Assembly: GCA_050633305.1 (NCBI GenBank) | Contig: JBOEGF010000002.1 | Location: 64,001-128,000, forward strand | DNA from: Nannocystales bacterium | Lineage (GTDB): Bacteria > Myxococcota_A > Polyangia > Nannocystales > Nannocystaceae | Length of the DNA stretch: 64,000 bases | Reading direction: 5' to 3' | Part shown: piece after piece, positions 40,539 to 50,958 of the stretch | How the letters are laid out: each line of letters begins with the position of its first letter | How positions within the stretch are numbered: the first letter of the stretch is position 1 | Translations under genes and position numbers: made by a program | The notes under the pieces: model-generated | Seen by the model: only the letters and a program-made list of their open reading frames with translations | Databases searched by the model: none | What the model was told of the DNA's origin: nothing

Positions 40539-41717
40539 TCAGCGGGTGATGGTCTCTGAAGCGACCGTTCGCGGCTGAGTCTCCACGGCCTCCGCCAACC
40601 CGAGCTTCGCCGCGGCGGCCGTGGGCACCAACCGCAACTCGAGCTTCAACTCCACGGTGGTGACCTCTTGCGGGACCTCGAACTCGAGCGTTCGACTCTC
40701 GGAGGGCTTGAGCCTGTTGTCCCGCGACATCGACTTGGACAACACAGGGAGCGTGGGCTTGCCTGCCTCGTCGACGTAGACCTTGTTGAACACCGACTCC
40801 GGACTGTCCTCGTTGCGCCACACCTCGGCGCCCGCGCCGTCACGACCCACGGCCGAAAGCATCGCGACACGGCCGGGGAATCCCGTGGGGAAGCCATGAC
40901 CAGTCTCGTTGTTCAACGTGACCTTCAGGCCAGTCTCGCCGAACGTGCCCTCGAGGGACACAGCGCTCGAGAGAAACTCTCCGTCGTCGTGGTACCAGGC
41001 TCGGTGGGGCCCAAGGAACACGTGCCGAGCGTGTTCACTTCGCGAGCCGACGATTCCGCCAGGACCGGGGATTCGAGGCATGTGACAGTCCATGCACCCC
41101 TTCTCCTCCCCTTTGCGCGCCTCGAACTCCGCACCTGTGGCGCAGGTGTTGACCCCACTCGGGTTCTCCGCCACGGCATGACAGGCCAAGCACACGGTCT
41201 TGCGGTCCTTGATGAACTCCGGCGCAGCGCCCGTCTGGTGAGCAGGAGAGCTTCCGGGCGCCATGTCGTGTCCGGCTCTCATCCGGACCACGTCGGCAAA
41301 GCCCAGCGCCTGTGCACCCGACTTCCCCGGATGCACCGCATCGAGCATGTGGCAGGAGGCACAGGACACGCCCAGTTTTCCCGCCGGGCTGTCGGGGTTG
41401 GCGGGGTCGCGTGGCGTGTGGCAGTTGGCGCAGTCGGCTTGGACCTCGGGGCCCAGCGACTTGCTCGCCAGCTGGCGCACTGCGGCGAAGATGGGGTCGC
41501 TGTCGTGGTGCGCGCGGGCGTGCATGCTCTCCTTCCACTCGCCGACGATCTGCGCATGACACTCGGAGCACGCGTCGGGATCATCGGGGTTCACCACGGC
41601 CCTGCGCGGCGGCGTCCCCTCGGGATTGCCCTTCGGCTCGCCCGATCCGCCACACGCGGAGGCCGCGATCCACAGGCATGACAACGCCGCGAACGGAAAC
41701 TTCACCGCAGTCACCAT
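40539..41717 (-). CDS. Multiheme c-type cytochrome lipoprotein (5 CxxCH)
   Basis: AASAC lipobox; CSECH, CANCH, CASCH, CLACH, CMDCH; W..SMHA; GHGFPTG. Confidence 0.93.
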   Translation of the reverse strand: MVTAVKFPFAALSCLWIAASACGGSGEPKGNPEGTPPRRAVVNPDDPDACSECHAQIVGEWKESMHARAHHDSDPIFAAVRQLASKSLGPEVQADCANCHTPRDPANPDSPAGKLGVSCASCHMLDAVHPGKSGAQALGFADVVRMRAGHDMAPGSSPAHQTGAAPEFIKDRKTVCLACHAVAENPSGVNTCATGAEFEARKGEEKGCMDCHMPRIPGPGGIVGSRSEHARHVFLGPHRAWYHDDGEFLSSAVSLEGTFGETGLKVTLNNETGHGFPTGFPGRVAMLSAVGRDGAGAEVWRNEDSPESVFNKVYVDEAGKPTLPVLSKSMSRDNRLKPSESRTLEFEVPQEVTTVELKLELRLVPTAAAAKLGLAEAVETQPRTVASETITR

Positions 41718-41780
41718 GCGGTCGGCTCGAAGCTCGCGGCCCGCAAAGACTGCGGCGCAGATTGGTGCGCAGGGTCGGCG

Positions 41781-42413
41781 TCAGGATGAGCACGCGAGGT
41801 CGGTCGCTGCCCCTTGGATCACACATGCCAGCGGGGTCCCAGGCTGAAACAACGTGGCGCAGTCAAGGGTGCTCAGGCAGGCGAGGAACTCTGCATGCGC
41901 CGAGCCGCAGGCCGGGGAGATCGCTTGGGCCGAGGCCCGTGCTTGCTGGCACAATGCAATCTCGCTCTCGTACGTGTAGTCCGCGTCGCAGTCGGCGTAC
42001 AACTGCGCGAGATCGGGACAGGGGTCATCCCCAACAGGTGGATCGTAGCCCGTCGAACTCTCGCCGGAGTCTCCGGACGAGGCCGCCGGAGTCTCCGACG
42101 TGGCGCCCATTCCGGTTGAATCACCGTCGTCCGGCGAGGGGTCGGCGCCCCCGCTGGTTCCGTCCGGGACGGCGCCTGTCTCTCCCTCGTTGGGCCAGCC
42201 CCCAGTGTCGCCCGACCCTTTGGAGTCCGCGGGCGCCGAGCCACCGCTGGTTTCCAGGGGGTCGGTCCAAGGGTCGCCGGACCCGTCGTCTCCGCCATTG
42301 GTGCCGTATGGGCTGGGCCGCGGTGCGGGGCCACCGCTCCCGCCCGCACAACCGACCGTCAACGTCGCCAGGCTCGACAAAAACAACAAACTTCCCAGGT
42401 GCTCTCGGTCCAT
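41781..42413 (-). CDS. Cys-rich lipoprotein (paralogue A)
   Basis: LLFLSSLATLTVGC; C-terminal PACGSAHAEFLACLSTLDC. Confidence 0.82.
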   Translation of the reverse strand: MDREHLGSLLFLSSLATLTVGCAGGSGGPAPRPSPYGTNGGDDGSGDPWTDPLETSGGSAPADSKGSGDTGGWPNEGETGAVPDGTSGGADPSPDDGDSTGMGATSETPAASSGDSGESSTGYDPPVGDDPCPDLAQLYADCDADYTYESEIALCQQARASAQAISPACGSAHAEFLACLSTLDCATLFQPGTPLACVIQGAATDLACSS

Positions 42414-42509
42414 CGTCCGCCTCCCCACAGAAGGCACCGCGTACGCGGCACGAGGGGGAGGTGCACCGTCGCACCCGGAAGGTTCCCGGGGATGCTCTCG
42501 AGGACCCGG

Positions 42510-42986
42510 TTACTCCCGGTCGTCTTCACCAACGCCGCCGCCGACGTTGCAGGCGGCGTCCGCGGCAACAAGCGCTTCCCGGCACGCGAAGTCAGCACCA
42601 AGGACCAGCACATCGCAACTCAGCCCAGAGAGGCAGGCGTAGATCTCCACGGTTGCGCTCGCGCACTCAGGTCCCGCGTAGACCCCCAAATCTGCGATGT
42701 ACCGAGCACAGTAATCCGCGAAGTCGGGAGCGATGCTCACCCCGTAGTAGCCGGTGTCATAGTCGTAGCCGCCGAATCCACCGCTACACTCGGCAATCCT
42801 CGTGACGTAGGCGCCGCACACCTCTAGAGAATCCACGCCACCAAGCGAGCTCTCCGAGGCCAATGGGTTTCCCGGCGGACCACCACCGGGTCCCTCCCCG
42901 GGCTCGCCAACGTCGCCACACCCCGGGACTCCGAGGGTGGCGATTCCCGCCAAGAACAGCAAGTTCGCGAGCCGATTGTCATCCAT
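42510..42986 (-). CDS. Cys-rich lipoprotein (paralogue B)
   Basis: LLFLAGIATLGVPGC; C-terminal PECASATVEIYACLSGLSC. Confidence 0.82.
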   Translation of the reverse strand: MDDNRLANLLFLAGIATLGVPGCGDVGEPGEGPGGGPPGNPLASESSLGGVDSLEVCGAYVTRIAECSGGFGGYDYDTGYYGVSIAPDFADYCARYIADLGVYAGPECASATVEIYACLSGLSCDVLVLGADFACREALVAADAACNVGGGVGEDDRE

Positions 42987-43057
42987 ATAGGCGAACAGTT
43001 TCCCCCGAGCGGACCCCAAACGACAAGAATCCGGGGAACGGAGCCGGATCCTGCTCG

Positions 43058-44341
43058 TCAGCCGGGCCGAAGGACGTCCAGAATGCGTTTGGAGGCCTTC
43101 TTGGCCAGCTCTCGGCGCGCAGCCTCGTCGGCTCGGCGGTCGCCGACGCCCGATGCGGTCGCTTCAAGCTTGCCCCGTCCGAGCTCCCCCGCGCCCCAAA
43201 CCTCGTGCACAACAACCTCGGTGGACGCTTCGAACCAAACCCGGCTTCCGCCGGCTCGGCTGGCAAAACGCGACTGCGCTCTCACCAGCACCACAACGTC
43301 GAGCGCACCACCCATCTTGTCGGCCAGGGCCGCGAGCACCCGTGCCCGCTCGGCTGGACCCACGGTCCGTAGCGCCTTGATCGCCTTTGCATCCAACGTG
43401 ACCGGAGCGCCCAGGTCCGCGCGCAGGGACGCCCGCAACTCCTTGGCGAACATGTCGTCTGCCCGAGTGCCATCCTCGAACACCACGGTCCAACGCCGAG
43501 CATCGAGCGTTCGAGCCTGAACCTCGAGCGATGGCCACCCGGTCTCCGAATCCAGTGGGCCCACCATGCGGCCGCCGTCGACGTGCACGACGAATGCGCC
43601 CGGCCACTGGCTGCCAACCTCGATCGACAGGTTCGCAATGCCCGCGGCGTTGGTCTGGGTCTCGGAGCGCGTCCCATCGGGTCGCTCGACCTCCAGCGGA
43701 AGGCCCTCGACAGGATTTCCGTTCCACGTCACCAGGATCCGGCCAGGCCGCAGAACGACCCCGGAGGCGTCGGTGGGCACGCCGCCTGTCACGACACTCG
43801 ACAGGTGCAGGTCTTCACCGAGGCGCTGCAGGCGAGCATCGTCCTCGTCCGTGGGCGGAGCATCGCACGCCACCGAGTACAGAGACGCCCTGCGCTCGCA
43901 CACCACCTTGGCTGCGTGCGTCGCAAGCACCTGATACAGCGCGTCGTGCCACACCTCGGGCCCCTCGAACGTAGGCTTGGCGTAGGTCATCGCGTCGAGC
44001 GTCGTCGCCGCTCGCCCTTCATCGAGGCCAATCGCGACCTCCCACCCATCCGGTGTGCGGACCGCTTGGTACGCGTCACGCGCTCGGTCATGGAGCGCCA
44101 CGGGGGTGAACGTCATCCAACGAGCATCGCCAAGCAGAGCCTCGGCAAGCTTGGCCTGTGCGCTCTCATACGCGGCCTGTTCGTCCGCGCCCTCCCCAAC
44201 GCCAGACACAAAGGCTTGCACCTCGGCGTGCTTGGCAACCGCGGGGGCTGCGACCGGCTCGGGGCTCACCACCGCGGGTTTCGGCTTGGAGCAGCCCGAA
44301 ACACACAGTGCGATCAGAGCTGCTTCTCGAACGCGTCCCAA
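43058..44341 (-). CDS. Hypothetical lipoprotein (LPP20-like N-terminus)
   Basis: LCVSGC lipobox; FVSGVGEG...AYESAQAKLAE; start uncertain (TTG 44341). Confidence 0.75.
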   Translation of the reverse strand: MGRVREAALIALCVSGCSKPKPAVVSPEPVAAPAVAKHAEVQAFVSGVGEGADEQAAYESAQAKLAEALLGDARWMTFTPVALHDRARDAYQAVRTPDGWEVAIGLDEGRAATTLDAMTYAKPTFEGPEVWHDALYQVLATHAAKVVCERRASLYSVACDAPPTDEDDARLQRLGEDLHLSSVVTGGVPTDASGVVLRPGRILVTWNGNPVEGLPLEVERPDGTRSETQTNAAGIANLSIEVGSQWPGAFVVHVDGGRMVGPLDSETGWPSLEVQARTLDARRWTVVFEDGTRADDMFAKELRASLRADLGAPVTLDAKAIKALRTVGPAERARVLAALADKMGGALDVVVLVRAQSRFASRAGGSRVWFEASTEVVVHEVWGAGELGRGKLEATASGVGDRRADEAARRELAKKASKRILDVLRPG

Positions 44342-45471
44342 TCGATGCTTTCGCTTCCCAACGTCTCGGACAACCACTCGATTCCCTTCTTCCGCGCAGA
44401 CTCGATGTCTCGCTCCCCCGACTCCCAATCGATCTCCGGATCGCCAAGCTCCAGTTCGGCCGAGGCGTCGAGCAACACCGCATCCATCGAGAACCGGTAG
44501 GGGTCCGCGAATTGGTTGTTCTGCAGCTTGAGCACCGTGACCCGCAGCAGCAGGGGTTCGAGGTCTTCGGCAAATTCCTTCTCCAGCCCTTCGCTACGGG
44601 CAAGCCGGCCATACGTGCCAATGACCGCCCCGAGCTGGTGCAGGTAGTTGTTGGCCTGCTCCCTCAGCTCGGGGTCCAGCTCGGTACCCCCTTCGCCAAA
44701 GCGAAGCAGCGTGGGCACACGATCGGCGGCGTCGAGCAGGATCTTGCGCATCATGGGCTGCGCTGTCTGAACGAGCTCGTCGCGATCATCATCGACCCGA
44801 AGCAACACGCCGCGGGCGACAGCTCGCATCAAGAAACCGCGGAACGCCGCATCTTCGAGTCGCCGCTTGGACGCCTTGGTGCCCTGTGCGCTGTAGATCC
44901 CCGACAGGTCCGGGTCGAACGCCTCGTCCACCACGTCCGCCAAGAAGCTGAGCTTGGCCCGACTGAGCAGCGCGCCCGTCATCAACCTCGCGTTGCGGTC
45001 GCCCTCGGTCATCGACCGCGATACGACGTCGTGGACCTGGATCTCGAAGAACTCGTTCTGGTTGCTGATGATCTCGTTTTGCTGAACGACCACCCACAGC
45101 TGTAGGAATGGAATCGACGCGGCGAGCATCGAGAACAGCCAAAACGAGGTGCGCCGCCGAACCGTGAAGCGAACGCAGGACTCCATGAACAGTCGTGCGC
45201 GGTCGACGATGTCGTCACGGCTGGGCCACTGCTCGCGGGGCCCGGTCATCCGACCTACGGTCTCCGCCAGGTCGCCAAAGGACTTCACGACCTTGGAGCG
45301 GTCGAGCAGCGGGATGAGCCACTTCCCTCCGGTCTTGACGGCCTTGACTCGCGCTTGGCTCGCAGCGGCGTGTTGGCCATGGATGGCCGCAACCTGAGCT
45401 TCGAGCTCCTGGTTCCGAGCCGCCAGACCTGCAAGCTGCTGTTCAAGCTGGGCGATCCGCGGGTCGCTCAC
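44314..45471 (-). CDS. Hypothetical membrane protein with N-terminal coiled coil
   Basis: RIAQLEQQLAGL...; TM FWLFSMLAASIPFLQLWVVV; good codon usage. Confidence 0.85.
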   Translation of the reverse strand: MSDPRIAQLEQQLAGLAARNQELEAQVAAIHGQHAAASQARVKAVKTGGKWLIPLLDRSKVVKSFGDLAETVGRMTGPREQWPSRDDIVDRARLFMESCVRFTVRRRTSFWLFSMLAASIPFLQLWVVVQQNEIISNQNEFFEIQVHDVVSRSMTEGDRNARLMTGALLSRAKLSFLADVVDEAFDPDLSGIYSAQGTKASKRRLEDAAFRGFLMRAVARGVLLRVDDDRDELVQTAQPMMRKILLDAADRVPTLLRFGEGGTELDPELREQANNYLHQLGAVIGTYGRLARSEGLEKEFAEDLEPLLLRVTVLKLQNNQFADPYRFSMDAVLLDASAELELGDPEIDWESGERDIESARKKGIEWLSETLGSESIDWDAFEKQL

Positions 45472-45517
45472 ACATTCGCGTGTATCACGGGCGCGGGGTG
45501 CCTGGCATCATGGGCAC

Positions 45518-46117
45518 GTGCTCCACCGGCTGCTACTCGCCTGCGCCCTCACAGGGCCGCTGGGGTGTCGCTCCGCCGCCACCGGTCCAACACCCGCTCC
45601 CGCGACACAAGCGGCATCCACGGACCCAATGCCCGAGACCGAGAGTCCCGAGCCCGCGGCCGAGCAAGCCCCCGAAGGATTTCGTCCACGAATGGAGACT
45701 GCCAAGGTCTGCGCGACTGGCTCGGTCACGATCGCCGATGGGCGGCTGTGCTTGAAGGTTCCCAACGCCTACACCGCCGCACCACCGACACCCGGGCAAC
45801 AGGTTTTCTCCGCCGACGACACGCCCCCGATCACGGTGCGGTGGACCGCCGCCACGCGAGGGTTCGGCAAGACCCACGCCGACGCCCTCGCGCGGCTGAC
45901 CGCCCTCGATGGCGACGCCTTGAAAGGTGCGACCCGTGACGGAAGCGGAAGCTTCGTCTTCGCAGTGGAAACCCAGCCCCAGGCTCACCCTGTCGCCCAC
46001 GCGGCGAGCAGTCTGCATGCCGGAGATCAGCTGGCGTGGTGCACCGCGTCAGCCCCGGTTGCGGCCCAGCTCCCTCGCGAATTCTTCGAGGCCTGCCAGT
46101 CGCTGATGGCCCCGTAG
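45518..46117 (+). CDS. Hypothetical lipoprotein
   Basis: GPLGC lipobox, Pro/Ala linker. Confidence 0.7.
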   Translation: MLHRLLLACALTGPLGCRSAATGPTPAPATQAASTDPMPETESPEPAAEQAPEGFRPRMETAKVCATGSVTIADGRLCLKVPNAYTAAPPTPGQQVFSADDTPPITVRWTAATRGFGKTHADALARLTALDGDALKGATRDGSGSFVFAVETQPQAHPVAHAASSLHAGDQLAWCTASAPVAAQLPREFFEACQSLMAP

Positions 46118-46191
46118 ACGCATGCACTCATGCATGGGTCCCATCGACCCATGCGCGTAGTTCGGCGCCATCGCCCGCCGTTCCCCCATGC

Positions 46192-46887
46192 ATGAGACCC
46201 CCTCCCAACGGCGCGCGCGCGCTCATCGTCCTGGCTGCGACCCTGCTCTGCGGCTGCAAGGTGGGCATCGATGCCCATCCGCTGAATCCAACTCAGGCCG
46301 CGGCCCTTCAGACCCGCGACGCTCCCACCGCTCGAGAGGACGTTGAAGGATTCACCTCAATCCTTGTCCGGGTACCGATCGCCGCCTCCCCGGATCACGT
46401 CTGGGCTCAGCTCGGGGAACACTACGGCGACGTGCACCAATGGTCGGGCCCGATCGAAGCCTCGGGCTTCACGGAGGGCCACGTGGTCGGTGCACAAGGA
46501 GCGACCCGATCGTGCACCCTCGGCCCCTCATCACCGATCGGAAAGGGGGAGAGCTTCAACGAGACGATCGTCGCGTGGGACCCCGCCCGCCACTACTACG
46601 CGGCCGCGGTCAACGACGGGTTCTTCCCCCTCCGACGCGTGGTCCAAGAGTACTGGGTTCAACCGGGACCCGACGGAGTGGGCGCAAGCGTGACCACCCA
46701 GTTCCACTACGACCTGGCTCCACTGATGGGCAAGGGCAAAGGCATGCGGAAGAAGCTCAAGCCCCAGTTGGTCACCAGCTTGCTCGGACTCAAGCACCTG
46801 ATCGAGACCGGGAATGGAGAGGAGGCTCGCGATGGTGATTTCTTGGCCGGCGCGTACCCGTCGATGTTCGAGGTGAACGGGGTATGA
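46192..46887 (+). CDS. SRPBCC (polyketide cyclase-like) lipoprotein
   Basis: LLCGC lipobox; IAASPDHVW...W...GATRSC...ETIVAWD...GLKHLIETG. Confidence 0.85.
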   Translation: MRPPPNGARALIVLAATLLCGCKVGIDAHPLNPTQAAALQTRDAPTAREDVEGFTSILVRVPIAASPDHVWAQLGEHYGDVHQWSGPIEASGFTEGHVVGAQGATRSCTLGPSSPIGKGESFNETIVAWDPARHYYAAAVNDGFFPLRRVVQEYWVQPGPDGVGASVTTQFHYDLAPLMGKGKGMRKKLKPQLVTSLLGLKHLIETGNGEEARDGDFLAGAYPSMFEVNGV

Positions 46888-47528
46888 GGGCAACACTCGC
46901 CACGCTTGTGCTCCTCTCGAGCGCTTGCAGCGGAGGCTCGGTCCCCACCGCCGCCCTCATCTCCAGTGTTTCACCGCGCACCGGGTTTGAAGGACTCAAC
47001 GTCGTTGAGCTCAGCCGCGAGGCTCAACCCGGGCAACCTGTGGCGTTCAGCGACCGGCTGCAACGCTCGGCGGTGGTCGAGCTCTGGGCGAGCTGGTGCG
47101 CTCCGTGTCGCGAGACGATGCCGGAGACGGCCGCCGCCGTGGCGCGAGTTGGCACGGACGAGATGCAGTGGCTTCCCGTCAGCCTCGATGAGGACCCGGA
47201 TTCCGCCGCCGCCTTTCTCAGGTCGACGAAACTCGACACAACTCCCCTCCTCGCGGCCTCGAGCGAGACCTGGCGCGAACAGCTCGGCATCTCCGGACTC
47301 CCCCTGCTCCTCGTTGTCGACCCCCAAGGGGTTGTGCTCGACCGCATCGTCGGCGTGGGCCCTGACACGAGTGCATCCCTCGAACGAGCGCTCCAGCACG
47401 CCCGCGAGCGCGGCGGAGCAGGAGCCGTTCGGAGGACCAGCGCCCTCGACCCGCGTGGCCGCGTTCGTTTTCCAACGGATCCCTGTCCCACCGCACTAGA
47501 CTGTGTCCATGCAGGTTCGGTGGTTTGA
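46884..47528 (+). CDS. TlpA-like thiol-disulfide oxidoreductase
   Basis: VVELWASWCAPCRETMP; GLPLLLVVDPQG; lipobox SSAC. Confidence 0.9.
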   Translation: MRATLATLVLLSSACSGGSVPTAALISSVSPRTGFEGLNVVELSREAQPGQPVAFSDRLQRSAVVELWASWCAPCRETMPETAAAVARVGTDEMQWLPVSLDEDPDSAAAFLRSTKLDTTPLLAASSETWREQLGISGLPLLLVVDPQGVVLDRIVGVGPDTSASLERALQHARERGGAGAVRRTSALDPRGRVRFPTDPCPTALDCVHAGSVV

Positions 47529-48381
47529 GCTCGAACTGGTCGCTGCGATCGGCAGCGCCGGCAGTGCAACCGCGGCCGCACCACTCCTGGGCGTGAGCCA
47601 ATCGACCGTCTCCCGTCGCCTCGCCGAACTCGAAGCCCGACTCGGCACCAAACTCTTCGACCGCCAGGGACAATGCCTGGTCGCCACGCCCGAAGGCGCC
47701 GAAGTTGTCGCTGCGTCGGAGTCGGTGGAGTCCACGATGAATGCGGCTCTGCGCCGGGTGGTCGGCCGAGACCGAAACCCTGGCGGCCTGGTTCGCATCA
47801 CTGCCCTCGCATCGATCCACGAGTTGCTGATGGCGACGTATGCCACCGCCCTCGAGAAGAACCCAGAGCTCGAGCTGGAACTCGACTCCAAGCTCGAACT
47901 TCTCTCTCTGCATCGCGGAGAGGCCGAGATTGCCCTTCGGATCACCGCCTCTCCTCCGGAGGGCCTGGTCGGACGACGCATCGCCCGCTTCGCGTACGGC
48001 CTGTACCGTCGACGCGACGCACCCACGCCCAGCGATGTGATCGGCTTCCCCCCGCCGCGAGGCGATCTTGCGAAACAAGAGTGGCTCCGCGCCTTGGTCC
48101 CCGAACCGCGACTCCGGGTCCGGGTCGAGTCCGACCGCGCGCAGGTCGAGGCGGTCCGTTCCGGCCTCGGCATCGCCCAGCTTCCGTGTCTGTTCGGCGA
48201 CGGTCTCCCCGACCTCGAGCGTGTTCCCGGAGCCCCACTCGAGTGGGGAGACTGGCTCTGGGTCCTCACCCATCCCTCTCTGCGCGAGGTCGCCCGGGTT
48301 CGTGTGCTGCTCGATCTGCTATACGAGACGCTCGAGCGGATGCGCCCCCGCCTCGAGGGCGAGGAGCCTGCGCTTCCCTAG
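47509..48381 (+). CDS. LysR family regulator
   Basis: GSATAAAPLLGVSQSTVSRRLAELEARLG.KLFDR; LWVLTHP. Confidence 0.93.
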   Translation: MQVRWFELELVAAIGSAGSATAAAPLLGVSQSTVSRRLAELEARLGTKLFDRQGQCLVATPEGAEVVAASESVESTMNAALRRVVGRDRNPGGLVRITALASIHELLMATYATALEKNPELELELDSKLELLSLHRGEAEIALRITASPPEGLVGRRIARFAYGLYRRRDAPTPSDVIGFPPPRGDLAKQEWLRALVPEPRLRVRVESDRAQVEAVRSGLGIAQLPCLFGDGLPDLERVPGAPLEWGDWLWVLTHPSLREVARVRVLLDLLYETLERMRPRLEGEEPALP

Positions 48382-48480
48382 CGGCCCACTTTGGCAGGAG
48401 CCGCCGCACTCCCACGGCCCCATGGAGGTACGACTGTGAACGTTGCTTACGCGCCGGCCGCCGAAATACCGTGGGGCGGG

Positions 48481-48987
48481 ATGGTGGAGCTCAGCGTCTA
48501 TGTACGCGACTCCGAGGGCATGAGCCGAGCGGACTTCGAGCGCGCCTACCCGGACTCCGTTCTGCTCGTGGACAAGTCCGAGTTCGACAGCGCCATCGGA
48601 AGCGTGTCATTCGAAACGGTTGCGGTCACCGTCCGTGATGAGGACGACCCCCAAGGCTACGTCGTCTTTCCCGTCACCAAGAACCGCAACAACCCCTGGC
48701 CTGAGCGCATCAGCCTGGGACGCGCCCGCAACTGCGACCTGGTCCTTCGGCACGCCTCGGTGTCCAAGCTCCACGCGCACTTCTTCTTGGAGCGCTCGAA
48801 GCTCTACTTCGCGGACGCCAAGTCGACGAACGGTTGCAAGGTCAACGATCGCCCCCTCGACCCCGGAGAGCGAATTCGGCTGTCGTGCGGTGACCTTCTG
48901 TGTTTGGGCATGATCGAATCGACGCTCTACAGCCCAGCGGGACTCTTCCGCTTCATCGAAGAGGTCCGCGACTCAAACAGCCTGTAA
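48481..48987 (+). CDS. FHA domain protein
   Basis: LGRARNCD...SVSKLHA...STNGCKVN. Confidence 0.92.
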   Translation: MVELSVYVRDSEGMSRADFERAYPDSVLLVDKSEFDSAIGSVSFETVAVTVRDEDDPQGYVVFPVTKNRNNPWPERISLGRARNCDLVLRHASVSKLHAHFFLERSKLYFADAKSTNGCKVNDRPLDPGERIRLSCGDLLCLGMIESTLYSPAGLFRFIEEVRDSNSL

Positions 48988-49018
48988 CGGGCCGAACCGC
49001 ACGCACCTGGACGACTCC

Positions 49019-49501
49019 TCATGCGGCTTTCGGCACGAAGTCCTCGCCGATGATCTCCCCGGTCGCGCCGTGTTGGTCGAGGCCGCTGAGGACAGAACTC
49101 ATCAGCTTGGTCATCTGGCCACGGACCATCAGGGCGTTCATCGCCTTGCCGAAGATGCCGAACTTCATCTCGTAGTTCATGCTGAACGTGACCTGGGTGT
49201 TGCCGTCGGCCATGGCCTGGAGCCGAATTTCCGCCTCGAAGGTCTTCATCGGAAGGCTGTACTCGCTGAGCACAACCTTGAGCCGACTCCCTTCGTCGAG
49301 CTCGGTCACGGTCTCGCGGACGCTGGTCCCATCGTAGAAGTTGCATCGACGGGCGGCGCCGAGACCGGTGGCGTTTTCGCTCAGCAGGTCGACCCTGTGG
49401 ACGGAGGGATGCCAGTTCACGACGCGAGTAACGTCGGCAACGAGGTCCCAGACGGTCTTGATCTCGGCGTGAACGATTCGGGTAACGGTGACGTTTTGCA
49501 T
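49019..49501 (-). CDS. SRPBCC family protein
   Basis: VWDLVAD...WHP...GLGAARRC.FYDG..VRETV. Confidence 0.92.
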   Translation of the reverse strand: MQNVTVTRIVHAEIKTVWDLVADVTRVVNWHPSVHRVDLLSENATGLGAARRCNFYDGTSVRETVTELDEGSRLKVVLSEYSLPMKTFEAEIRLQAMADGNTQVTFSMNYEMKFGIFGKAMNALMVRGQMTKLMSSVLSGLDQHGATGEIIGEDFVPKAA

Positions 49502-49590
49502 GACCCGCCCAAGATGAGCCCGGACACTTCCAGCGAGTAGAGTTCGAATCGTCGAACTACTTTGTCGTGGGCGTACATAATGGACGTGGT

Positions 49591-50490
49591 TTGGCTGTCG
49601 AGAGCATCGAAGCGTTGCGAGTGTTCGTGCAGGTCATCGACTCCGGCGGCCTGAGCGCTGCGGGTCGCGTTCTCGGGCTCGCGCCGACGCTGGTCAGCCG
49701 ACGCATCGCGAAACTCGAGGACGATGTCGGCGTGCCCTTGCTTCTGCGAACAACTCGGACGCTTCGCGTCACGGACGAAGGTCGGAACTTCTATCAGCGT
49801 TGCCGACAGATCCTGGACGACCTCGATGAGGCCGTCCGAGCGGCGTCTCCGAACGCAGGGGAACTGCAGGGTCGCGTCCGCGCCGTCCTGCCCACCGCGA
49901 CCACGGCCGTAGGCATCATGGATGGGGTCGGGGAGTTGCTCGAAAAGCATCCCGGCCTCTCACTGCAATGCTCGTTTTCCGACCGCCCCGTCGACATGGT
50001 CGCGGGAGGTTGGGACGTGGCCGTACACGCCGGATCGCCGAAGGACAGCACACACATCGTGCGGCGCTTGAAGCGAGTCAACACCCAGCTCGCCGCGACG
50101 CACGACTACCTCGCAAGAGCCGGGATACCCCAACGGCCCCAAGACCTGTCATCGCACCAGTGCTTGCGGTTCATCAGTGACCTTCCCCAAGACACCTGGC
50201 GGCTGGTCCATGAAGACGGACGCGAAGAGGTGGTCTCGGTCGATGGCCGGCTCGAATCCGACAACAGCGCGACGCTTCGGGATGCGATGAACGCTGGCCT
50301 GGGGATCGGCCTCAACACTTCCGGCACCATCGAACGCGCCATCGATGAGGGCCGGCTGGCTCGCGTCCTCCCCGAGTGGACCATGAGCGCCCTCGACCTC
50401 TACATGCTGATCCCCAGCGGCCGGAACAGCGTGCCCCGGGTTCGCGTGTTTGCCGACTGGCTGGAAGGGTTCATTCGCTCCTACTTCTGA
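49591..50490 (+). CDS. LysR family regulator (CrgA-like)
   Basis: LRVFVQVIDSGGLSAAGR...LLLRTTRTL..TDEG; P..P.DL..HQCL; start 49567 or 49591. Confidence 0.94.
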   Translation: MAVESIEALRVFVQVIDSGGLSAAGRVLGLAPTLVSRRIAKLEDDVGVPLLLRTTRTLRVTDEGRNFYQRCRQILDDLDEAVRAASPNAGELQGRVRAVLPTATTAVGIMDGVGELLEKHPGLSLQCSFSDRPVDMVAGGWDVAVHAGSPKDSTHIVRRLKRVNTQLAATHDYLARAGIPQRPQDLSSHQCLRFISDLPQDTWRLVHEDGREEVVSVDGRLESDNSATLRDAMNAGLGIGLNTSGTIERAIDEGRLARVLPEWTMSALDLYMLIPSGRNSVPRVRVFADWLEGFIRSYF

Positions 50491-50942
50491 CCGTCGCGAC
50501 CTTCGTCCCCGGCCCTGTCGACGAGTCGGCTACATGTCGGACAACCACGCACATTCAGACCAGGAGCGGCGCATCTTCAAGGGTGAACTAGCGGGCGGCT
50601 GAACACTGTATCGCCCCTGGAAGGGCGCAATCGCGGTGCGAGAGTTGCGCACAACCGGTCATTGGCACCCCGCCACAAAAAAACGCACCTCCCGAAAAAA
50701 AACCTCCGCGGGATCCGGACCTGGGCCACAGACCCCATTTGTACGGGTTCGGACCACACCGGCTCCACAGCAATGTGGGGTGTGTCCGCAGGCGAGTGAT
50801 GATCATGTGGTCGTCACCTCAATTCCTCCGGTCGTCAGCGGCACCCGCCCCGACGAGGATGAGGCATCGACCCCCCAGAGGGCGCCAGACCGCATGGATT
50901 CGCGCGCCGAGGCCCACAGGCGACAATGGCGGCGGCGGCGAG

Positions 50943-50958
50943 GGGCACGCACTTTGAT
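50943..50958 (+). promoter_or_regulatory. Candidate sigma54 promoter
   Basis: GGGCACGCACTTTGAT: GG-N10-GA, with GA instead of GC at -12. Confidence 0.4.
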
